A DNA stretch of 64,000 nt from Gammaproteobacteria bacterium (GTDB lineage Bacteria; Pseudomonadota; Gammaproteobacteria; Eutrophobiales; Eutrophobiaceae), in assembly GCA_965116495.1 (NCBI GenBank), contig OZ220696.1:4096001-4160000 (forward strand). The letters are read 5' to 3'. A program made the translations under genes and the position numbers. Shown here in pieces: positions 56,554 through 64,000 of this stretch (position 1 is its first letter; the number at the start of each line of letters is the position of its first letter). The notes under the pieces were generated by a model. It searched no databases and was not told the DNA's origin. It saw only the letters and a list, made by a program, of their open reading frames with translations.

Positions 56554-58083
56554 ATGCACAAAAACCGGAACCTGTTTTCATGTTACCTGCGAGGTAAGGA
56601 GAATAATCGTGACAGGGCCGCCGTTTATGCCGGCGACGGGAGATGCAGCTATGCCGACTTGGCGAATGGTTCCGCGCGCTATGCCAATACCCTGACGGCC
56701 ATGGGTGTCAGGCCGGGAGACAGGGTCTGCGCCTATATCGATAAATCTATCTATAACATTTTTCTGTACCTGGCCTGCCTGCGCGCGGGGATTGTCTACC
56801 AGCCGCTGAATCCCGCATTTAAACCTGCCGAGGTTGATTATTACCTGGCAGATGCGGGTCCGGCTATGGTGGTCTGCGCAACGGTGAACGAAGACTGGGT
56901 AAGGGCTGCGGCAAAGCACGCCGGCATCGATCATGTGCTGACCCTGGATCGGGACGGGACCGGTACCATGGCTGCCGCTGCCGGAAAGGCGGGAAGCGAA
57001 TTTACTACCCGCAGGTGTGACGGATCCGAACTTGCCTGCCTGCTGTACTCATCCGGCACTACGGGCAAACCCAAGGGTATAAAACTCAGCCACGACAACC
57101 TCGCCGCCAACGTCAGGACCCTGGTTGACCTGTGGGGATTCACGAATGATGACGTGTTGATACATGCCTTGCCGCTGTTCCATGTTCACGGCCTGTTCGT
57201 AGCACTGGGTTGTGTCCTGACTGCCGGCGCTTCTCTCCACCTGCTGGAAAAGTTTGACGCAGATGAAATAACCTGCCTGTTGCCTGAGGCCACGGTATTG
57301 ATGGGGGTGCCCACATTTTACACGCGCTTGCTGCAATCTCCCGGCTTGTCCAGGGAAGCCTGCAGTGCCATGCGCCTGTTCATCTCCGGTTCGGCTCCGC
57401 TGCATGAGAATACGTTTAATCAATTCAAACAAACTACCGGTCATACCATCCTGGAACGCTACGGCGCATCGGAGACCGGTATGAGCACCTCGAACCCGCT
57501 GCATGGGGAACGCAGGGCCGGGATGGTCGGGATGCCGCTGCCGGACGTCCTGGTCAAAATCGTGGATGATGGTGGTAACGAAGTGACAGATACCGCTATT
57601 GGTGAGTTACTGGTGAAGGGACCTAACGTCTTTTCCGGTTACTGGAACCTGGATGACGTGAACAGGACCGCTTTCACCGAGGATGGTTATTACCGTACCG
57701 GCGATCTGGGAGAACGGGATCCCGATGGTTACATCCGCATAGTGGGTCGCGCCAGGGACATGATCATCAGCGGGGGGGAGAATATCTACCCGAAAGAGAT
57801 TGAACTATGCCTGGATCGCATCGAAGGCATCAGTGAGTCGTCCGTCATCGGTCTTGAAGATACGGACCTGGGTGAAAGGGTAGTGGCCGTCCTGGTGACG
57901 GAGCCGGATTGCCGTTTGGATGAAGCGGGAATTATTGCCGGACTGAAAACGCAACTCGCCGGGTTCAAGGTTCCCAGACAAATTTGTTTCGTGGAGGAAC
58001 TGCCGCGTAATACAATGGGCAAAGTACAAAAGAATAAATTAAGGGAAACCTGGAAGCAGAACCACAAAAACGAGCAGGAGTAA
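56554..58083 (+). CDS. matB: malonyl-CoA synthetase-like acyl-CoA ligase
   Basis: YSSGTTGKPKG, HALPLFHVHGLFV, MRLFISGSAPL, ILERYG, LPRNTMGKVQK. Confidence 0.8.
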   Translation: MHKNRNLFSCYLRGKENNRDRAAVYAGDGRCSYADLANGSARYANTLTAMGVRPGDRVCAYIDKSIYNIFLYLACLRAGIVYQPLNPAFKPAEVDYYLADAGPAMVVCATVNEDWVRAAAKHAGIDHVLTLDRDGTGTMAAAAGKAGSEFTTRRCDGSELACLLYSSGTTGKPKGIKLSHDNLAANVRTLVDLWGFTNDDVLIHALPLFHVHGLFVALGCVLTAGASLHLLEKFDADEITCLLPEATVLMGVPTFYTRLLQSPGLSREACSAMRLFISGSAPLHENTFNQFKQTTGHTILERYGASETGMSTSNPLHGERRAGMVGMPLPDVLVKIVDDGGNEVTDTAIGELLVKGPNVFSGYWNLDDVNRTAFTEDGYYRTGDLGERDPDGYIRIVGRARDMIISGGENIYPKEIELCLDRIEGISESSVIGLEDTDLGERVVAVLVTEPDCRLDEAGIIAGLKTQLAGFKVPRQICFVEELPRNTMGKVQKNKLRETWKQNHKNEQE

Positions 58084-58091
58084 TACCGGCT

Positions 58092-58415
58092 TTGGAACTG
58101 AAGGAGCAACTCAGGCGGTTGTCCGCGTCAGAGAAATACCGCGCGCATGTGGATAAGCGCAGGCGGGTGACTTACCTGTTAACGGCCATCGCTGTTTTTC
58201 AATACAGCCTTTACTTCTTTGCCGTGGCCTGGGCGGCGGGACCGGCAGGGACGGCCTGGCCGGCCGGTAGCGCCGTCAGTGTGATCATTTGGCTCACCGT
58301 GCTGGTTATATTGCTGAGCATCGTCATTTCAGCAGGATATATATGGTGGACCGCCCGTTTCCATGACCCGGAAAGAGAAGCGGTCATGAGAGAACTTGGA
58401 CTGCGGGATGAGTAG
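58092..58415 (+). CDS. DUF485 (YjcH-like) small membrane partner of ActP
   Basis: Two TM helices; overlaps the actP start. Confidence 0.75.
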   Translation: MELKEQLRRLSASEKYRAHVDKRRRVTYLLTAIAVFQYSLYFFAVAWAAGPAGTAWPAGSAVSVIIWLTVLVILLSIVISAGYIWWTARFHDPEREAVMRELGLRDE

Positions 58416-60066
58416 AGTAGTTCCACCGCTTGTTTTCCTTGTATCGATGAATCCGGTATTTGCCCGGGCCGACACGCTGGCCGGCGCCGGTACCGGACAA
58501 CCCCTGAACGTGGCCGCGATCATCACGTTTTTCCTGTTTGTCTTCAGTACCCTGCTGATTACCTGGTGGGCGGCCCGGCACACCCGTTCCCGCAAGGAGT
58601 TTTATGTTGCCGGCGGCGGTATACCCGCGTGGCAGAACGGGATTGCCATTTCCGGTGACTTCATGTCGGCGGCGACCTTTCTGGGACTGACGAGCCTGGT
58701 ATTTTTTACCGGCACGGACGGGTTGATGCTGGCAGTCGGCGCAGTCGCCAGCTGGCCGGTTATCCTGTTCCTGGTCGCCGAGAGGTTGCGTAATCTCGGC
58801 CGTTATACGTTTATCGACGTCATCTCATTTCGCCTTGATCAACGACCGATCACGCGGGTTGCAGCCCTGGGGTCTCTTGCTACGGTAATCTTTTATCTTA
58901 TCTCGCAGCTTGTGGGCGCGGGAAAACTGATCCAGTTGCTGTTCGGCCTGGATTACATCTGGGCCGTGAGCGGTATCAGCATCCTGATGATCGCCTATGT
59001 GACTTTCGGCGGCATGCTGGCCACGACCTGGGTGCAGATTATCAAGGCTTTCCTGCTGATAGTCGGCGGCACAATTATTACCCTGTTGATGTTGCAGCAT
59101 TACAGCTATGACCTGGATGCGGTGTTTCACAGCGCGGTGTTGATTCACCCGAGGGGTTGGGATCTTGTCGCCCCGGGTGGCTGGCTGGACGATCCGGTAT
59201 CGGTGCTCTCCCTGGGATTGACGGCCCTGCTCGGCTTCATCGGACTGCCGCATATACTGATGCGTATCTTTACCGTGAAGGACGCAAAAACTGCAAGAAA
59301 ATCGGCATTTTATGCCATTTCAATCATCGGCTATTTCAACCTCCTGATGCTTGTCGTCGGGTTCGGAGCGGTGTCGCTCATCATGTTCAACCCGGACTAC
59401 CAGAGTGCCGCCGGCGCCCTGACAGGAGGACGGAACATGGTGGTGCTGCACACGGCCCACTTCCTGGGGGGCGACATTTTGCTGGGGTTTGTCTCCGCCG
59501 TTGCCTTCGCCACGATCCTCGCAGTCGTCTCGGGGTTGACCATCTCCGCGGCAGCCACCATTGCCCATGACCTGTATGCGAAATCGATTAAACAGGGCAG
59601 GGCGTCGGAAAAATCGGAATTACTGGTCTCGCGCTGTGCCGTGATCGGCATCGGTACACTGGCAGTCCTGTTCGGTCTCGCATTCGAACATCATAACGTC
59701 ATCTTTATTACCAATATGGCCCTGGCGGTTGCCGGCAGCGCTAACGCGCCGATATTATTGCTGTCCATGTACTGGCGGGGGTTGACGACCCGCGGCGCCA
59801 TCTACGGTTGCCTGGCCGGCCTGGTCTCTTCGGTCTGTCTGATTATCCTGGGCCCGCAGGTATGGGTGGACGTGATCGGTATGGAAAAACCGTTGTTTCC
59901 CTATGTTTACCCCACCATCATCTCGGCTCCACTGGCGTTTGCCATGGCCTGGCTGTTGTCACGTACGGATAACAGCGCCCGGGCGGACAAGGAGAGGGCC
60001 GCGTTTACCGGACAATATATCCGTTCGGAAACCGGTATCGGTGCGGCAGAAGCAGCAGGCCACTGA
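58408..60066 (+). CDS. actP: cation/acetate (monocarboxylate) symporter, SSS family
   Basis: NGIAISGDFMSAATFLG, GLPHILMR and AVAFATILAVVSGL motifs. Confidence 0.88.
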   Translation: MSRVVPPLVFLVSMNPVFARADTLAGAGTGQPLNVAAIITFFLFVFSTLLITWWAARHTRSRKEFYVAGGGIPAWQNGIAISGDFMSAATFLGLTSLVFFTGTDGLMLAVGAVASWPVILFLVAERLRNLGRYTFIDVISFRLDQRPITRVAALGSLATVIFYLISQLVGAGKLIQLLFGLDYIWAVSGISILMIAYVTFGGMLATTWVQIIKAFLLIVGGTIITLLMLQHYSYDLDAVFHSAVLIHPRGWDLVAPGGWLDDPVSVLSLGLTALLGFIGLPHILMRIFTVKDAKTARKSAFYAISIIGYFNLLMLVVGFGAVSLIMFNPDYQSAAGALTGGRNMVVLHTAHFLGGDILLGFVSAVAFATILAVVSGLTISAAATIAHDLYAKSIKQGRASEKSELLVSRCAVIGIGTLAVLFGLAFEHHNVIFITNMALAVAGSANAPILLLSMYWRGLTTRGAIYGCLAGLVSSVCLIILGPQVWVDVIGMEKPLFPYVYPTIISAPLAFAMAWLLSRTDNSARADKERAAFTGQYIRSETGIGAAEAAGH

Positions 60067-60073
60067 CAATCAA

Positions 60074-60146
60074 AAATCAATGGGGTCAGACTCGAAGGAT
60101 TTTCAAACCCCTCTGACAAATCAATCGAGTCTGACCCCATTGATTT
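60074..60146. repeat. GGGGTCAGACTC-type inverted repeat pair (REP-like)
   Basis: Perfect 22-bp arms AAATCAATGGGGTCAGACTCGA / TCGAGTCTGACCCCATTGATTT. Confidence 0.85.
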
Positions 60147-60207
60147 GTCACGTGTAACGGTCGTTTGTGTCATAATTAATACAGGACAGCAACCAGGTGA
60201 CAAGCGC

Positions 60208-62409
60208 ATGATTTTCTTCTCCAACAAAAACCGGCCCTTTCACTACGGTCCCTATCCCCTCGAGAGATTGCCCCGGGATGAATTACTCATCGAGTTTGAA
60301 CGGCAAAGGGGGCAAAAAGCCCGGCCCGCTGCAGGCAACGGCGCGACTTCAAACTATGCCGCCGCGCTGGAGAAATATCACGCTATCTTCAAACAATTCT
60401 GTGAAGGAGCGGTGGCGCCGGCCAGGGCGCCCGTGCCTGATGACCTCGACAGGCGCTCGATTGACGTCAAGGGAGCCGGATATTTTCTTGATGCCGGCCA
60501 GATAGGTATATGCAGGTTGACCGCGTCATGCTGGTACCTGGACTCGACGTCGAAGGATCATAGTCACGGGATAGTCGTACTGGCCGAATACAGCCGCCTG
60601 CCGGAAGCTGACAACCCGGCCCGGCGCTGGCTCGAGGGGTCCATCCATGTCACTGCACAGATGCGCGCTTTTGAAATTGCGGTGGGCATTGCCAACCATA
60701 TACGTGCGATGGGGTTCGATGCGGCAGCCCATGATGATCGGAACGACCAAATTGATATCGACCGGCTGACCGTGCTGGCCGGCCTGGGGGTCCGGGATAA
60801 CGGAGTGGTCGTCAATCCCTACTTGGACACCGACTTCTCGGTCGCTGTGGTGACCACGAATTATGCACTGGCAACGGACAAACCGCTGAAGGCCAAGGCG
60901 AAAAACGGCCGGAACCTGGCGTATTGGCTGGGTATCGGCGGCGCCACGTCCGGCCTGGAGAGATGGCGCCGCGCCAACCGGCAGACCCATCTCAGCAACT
61001 ACCCGATGGAACAGGTAAAGCGCGTGGACAGGCCCACAACACTGATCCTGGACGATGAGGTGCCGCGGGTTCCGAAACGGGCAGGTTTCTTTGAGCGGGC
61101 AATTCACGGCGACCTGGATAAGAAAGCGCAGGTGGAACGCCAGCGTTTTTCCTTCAAACATCCGTTTGCCGCCGCCATGCTGAAACAAATACGCGGCATG
61201 GTGCCGTACCAGGACGGGCTCGTGGCAGAGGCACAGGCAAGCGGCACGAACGATCCGGTGGCCAACACCAGGGCACTCAAGTCATTGTCCTACGCCCTGG
61301 GGTCGGAGATCACCGGGATTTGCGAGATACCGGAGTATACCTGGTATTCACACAAGGAAGACGGCTCGGAGATCAAGCCGTACCATAAATACGCCGTGGT
61401 GTGTCTGATCGACCAGGGCTATGACACCATGGAAGGCGCTTCGGGTGACGATTTCATTTCCGGCGCGCAATCCATGCGCGCCTACATGCGCGGGGCCTTG
61501 ATCGCCGGCATCATGGCCGAGCATTTGCGTTCGCTCGGCCATTCTGCCCGGCCGCAGACCAACGCGGACTCCCACGTGTTGCACATTCCCCTGGTGATGT
61601 GGGCAGGGCTGGGGGAACTCAGCCGTATCGGTGAACTGGTGCTCAACCCGTTTATCGGCCCACGTTTCAAGACCGTCGTCATGACCACCGATCTGCCCCT
61701 GGTCCCCGATAAGCCTGTTGACTTCGGCCTGCAGTATTTCTGCTCCAACTGCCTGAAGTGCGCGCGTGAATGCCCCTGCGATGCCATCCCCTTCGGCGAC
61801 AAGGTGATGTTCAACGGCTACGAGATGTGGAAGCCGGACGTAGAGCGTTGCACGCGTTATCGCCTGACCAACCAACGCGGGCTGGCCTGTGGCCGCTGCA
61901 TGAAGACCTGCCCGCTGAACAAGGTCATCAGCTGGGACGGCCCGCTTGCCACCCAGGCGGCCAGCTGGTGTGGCGTTAATGCTTTCTGGCTGAAACCCTT
62001 GCTGGTGCCGATAGCGGTAAAACTCGATGATATGCTGGGCCACGGCATACGTAATCCTGCCAAGAAATGGTGGCTGGACCTGGAGATAGTGGACGGCGTA
62101 TGCGTGCACCCGCGTAAAGGCGTGAACCAGCGTGACCTGGACGTGGATCGCAAGATTGACGTGCAGAAACATAAAGTCGCGTATTACCACGCCGACATGA
62201 TGCCGCCGCCGAACAGTTCAGGCATTGCCATGATGGTGAAAAGAAAAGACGGGATTGCCGCCGCGGTCAAAGTCGAATCAGTCGAGCAGGCATTGGTCCG
62301 TAAAGCCAAAGGCGGCCCCGCTCCGGAGCACTACATCCCGACGCCTCCCATGGATACCAGCGCATCAGATAAGGAAGATGTGACAGGATTCAATCCGTAT
62401 CATAACTGA
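60208..62409 (+). CDS. rdhA: catabolic (NpRdhA-like) B12-dependent reductive dehalogenase, no fused reductase
   Basis: No Tat signal; duplicated N-terminal B12-domain-like region; SMRAY, ELSRIGE and GPRFK; two 4Fe-4S motifs CSNCLKCARECP and C...CGRCMKTCP. Confidence 0.88.
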   Translation: MIFFSNKNRPFHYGPYPLERLPRDELLIEFERQRGQKARPAAGNGATSNYAAALEKYHAIFKQFCEGAVAPARAPVPDDLDRRSIDVKGAGYFLDAGQIGICRLTASCWYLDSTSKDHSHGIVVLAEYSRLPEADNPARRWLEGSIHVTAQMRAFEIAVGIANHIRAMGFDAAAHDDRNDQIDIDRLTVLAGLGVRDNGVVVNPYLDTDFSVAVVTTNYALATDKPLKAKAKNGRNLAYWLGIGGATSGLERWRRANRQTHLSNYPMEQVKRVDRPTTLILDDEVPRVPKRAGFFERAIHGDLDKKAQVERQRFSFKHPFAAAMLKQIRGMVPYQDGLVAEAQASGTNDPVANTRALKSLSYALGSEITGICEIPEYTWYSHKEDGSEIKPYHKYAVVCLIDQGYDTMEGASGDDFISGAQSMRAYMRGALIAGIMAEHLRSLGHSARPQTNADSHVLHIPLVMWAGLGELSRIGELVLNPFIGPRFKTVVMTTDLPLVPDKPVDFGLQYFCSNCLKCARECPCDAIPFGDKVMFNGYEMWKPDVERCTRYRLTNQRGLACGRCMKTCPLNKVISWDGPLATQAASWCGVNAFWLKPLLVPIAVKLDDMLGHGIRNPAKKWWLDLEIVDGVCVHPRKGVNQRDLDVDRKIDVQKHKVAYYHADMMPPPNSSGIAMMVKRKDGIAAAVKVESVEQALVRKAKGGPAPEHYIPTPPMDTSASDKEDVTGFNPYHN

Positions 62410-62416
62410 CCAAGTC

Positions 62417-62574
62417 CGTCATTCCGGCGCAGGCCGAGTAGTGGCGCATGGATGCGCCGTCAACGGAGCGTAGGATGCAAATCCAGTAAAACAATGTGTC
62501 GCCTCCGACGACTCCCGGCAGTACTGGGTTCCGGTCCCGACTTTTGCCGGGATAAACTTCTGCAGCAATGACGG
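62417..62574. repeat. REP-like element with insert (copy 3, 62417-62487) plus degenerate inverted partner
   Basis: CGTCATTCCGGCGCAGGCCG-[insert]-AATCCAGT ... ACTGGGTTCC...AATGACGG. Confidence 0.85.
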
Positions 62575-62584
62575 ATTGGTAAGA

Positions 62585-62628
62585 AATGATACAAAAAATT
62601 TGACATTCACGAATATTTTTGTATCATT
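62585..62628 (+). promoter_or_regulatory. PaaX-type operator enclosing the paaA sigma70 promoter
   Basis: AATGATACAAAAA-N18-TTTTTGTATCATT (GATACA-N26-TGTATC); TTGACA-N16-TATCAT lies inside. Confidence 0.75.
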
Positions 62629-62658
62629 ATATCAATGGTGATGTACAGGTAGATACAG

Positions 62659-63609
62659 ATGACCGATTCAACTACGCTACCGGAAATATTTCAGGGGCGG
62701 ATAGATGCCGAGGAGAAAATCGAGCCCCGGGACTGGATGCCGGACGCCTACCGGCAAACCCTGGTCAGGCAGATTTCGCAACATGCCCATTCCGAGATAG
62801 TCGGCCAGTTGCCGGAAGGGAACTGGATCTCGCGGGCGCCGTCGCTGCGGCGCAAGGCGATCCTGCTGGCCAAGGTACAGGATGAAGCCGGCCATGGCCT
62901 GTATTTATACAGCGCGGCGGAGACTCTGGGTATCTCCAGGGAGCAGATGCTTGAGCAACTGCACTCCGGTAAGGCAAAGTATTCCAGCATTTTCAATTAT
63001 CCGACCCTGACCTGGGCGGATATAGGCGCAATCGGTTGGCTGGTGGATTCGGCTGCCATCATCAACCAGATTCCATTGTGCCGTTGTTCTTACGGGCCGT
63101 ATGCCCGGGCCATGGTGCGGATATGCAAGGAAGAGAGCTTTCACCAGCGCCAGGGATATGAACTGCTGATGACGCTGTGCCAGGGATCCGAGGAGCAAAA
63201 GGCAATGGCGCAGGATGCGATAAACCGGTGGTGGTGGCCGTCGGTGATGATGTTCGGACCCAGTGATGCGAATTCCAGACATTCCGCCCAGTCCATGCAA
63301 TGGAAAATCAAGCGTAACAGCAACGATGAACTGCGCCAGAAATTCGTGGATCAATCCGTTCCTCAGGCCGAGTACCTGGGCCTGACGCTGCCCGACCCGG
63401 ACCTGAAGTGGAATGAAGCGCGCGGGCATTACGATTTCGGGGAAATAGACTGGGACGAATTCTACCAGGTCGTCGGCGGCAACGGTCCCTGTAACCACGA
63501 ACGCATCAGCGCACGCATCAAGGCCCACGAAGACGGCGCCTGGGTGCGGGAGGCGGCACTGGCCTATGCGGACAAGCAACGGCAGCGGGCCCGGAAGGCT
63601 GCTGCCTGA
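62659..63609 (+). CDS. paaA: 1,2-phenylacetyl-CoA epoxidase subunit A
   Basis: [21 protein letters not shown] and [10 protein letters not shown] di-iron motifs. Confidence 0.98.
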   Translation: MTDSTTLPEIFQGRIDAEEKIEPRDWMPDAYRQTLVRQISQHAHSEIVGQLPEGNWISRAPSLRRKAILLAKVQDEAGHGLYLYSAAETLGISREQMLEQLHSGKAKYSSIFNYPTLTWADIGAIGWLVDSAAIINQIPLCRCSYGPYARAMVRICKEESFHQRQGYELLMTLCQGSEEQKAMAQDAINRWWWPSVMMFGPSDANSRHSAQSMQWKIKRNSNDELRQKFVDQSVPQAEYLGLTLPDPDLKWNEARGHYDFGEIDWDEFYQVVGGNGPCNHERISARIKAHEDGAWVREAALAYADKQRQRARKAAA

Positions 63610-63653
63610 GATGCCGCCTTGCAAAATTGTCTGACAGCCGTAAGGAATAGATT

Positions 63654-63947
63654 ATGACGGATAAAACCGGGCGTTTGCCCCTATGGGAAGTATTCATCCG
63701 CAGCAAGCGGGGGCTGGACCACAAACATGCCGGCAGCATTCATGCAGCCGATGGTGAGCAGGCCCTGCAATACGCCCGGGACACCTATACCCGCCGCAAT
63801 GAGGGCTGCAGTATCTGGGTAGTGAAGTCGGCGGATATCATAGCCAGCCAGTTCGAGGACAACGACAGTCTTTTTGATCCTGCGATCGACAAGATGATCT
63901 ATCGCCATCCGACCTTCTACGACGTGCCTGAGGACCTCAAACTGTGA
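63654..63947 (+). CDS. paaB: 1,2-phenylacetyl-CoA epoxidase subunit B
   Basis: LWEVFIRSKRGLDHKH, ARDTYTRRNEG and YRHPTFY motifs. Confidence 0.96.
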   Translation: MTDKTGRLPLWEVFIRSKRGLDHKHAGSIHAADGEQALQYARDTYTRRNEGCSIWVVKSADIIASQFEDNDSLFDPAIDKMIYRHPTFYDVPEDLKL

Positions 63948-63960
63948 ACCAGGACCAGGA

Positions 63961-63989
63961 CAGGGGACGGATTTCAAATCCGTCCCCTG
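63961..63989. repeat. GGGGACGG-type REP palindrome
   Basis: CAGGGGACGGATTT-C-AAATCCGTCCCCTG. Confidence 0.8.
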
Positions 63990-64000
63990 TTTTGCCGAGG

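Overview
Bacterial chromosome segment, most likely a gammaproteobacterium; a marine or host-associated origin is inference only. 0-8.3 kb is housekeeping: 3' end of a DUF2063/HvfC-like gene, argG, a NUDIX hydrolase, aceF-aceE, a TetR module and bcp. 8.4-14.8 kb is an AT-rich accessory block with a PIN toxin-antitoxin pair, a Schlafen/AlbA_2 protein and a GmrSD(DUF262)-HNH-AlbA_2 fusion gene split by an IS110. paaI-paaZ and paaK follow. 18.8-32.6 kb is a patch of defence/TA genes and gene debris that ends in a three-level nested element: IS1634 inside a group II intron ORF, with the intron inside the terminal inverted repeat of an IS256. 32.6-64 kb is catabolic: a minimal TTQ amine dehydrogenase cluster, a 7.2-kb FecI/FecR/TonB cassette bounded by 17-bp direct repeats, an HDAC-family deacetylase with an NSS transporter, a nitrilase-family enzyme, an amidohydrolase, a Rieske oxygenase, matB-DUF485-actP, a catabolic reductive dehalogenase and paaAB. 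Several REP-like families, an IS5-type MITE, operator palindromes and a candidate 3'-UTR sRNA are visible. I recognised no rRNA, tRNA or CRISPR array. All family calls come from motif recognition by eye, not from database searches.
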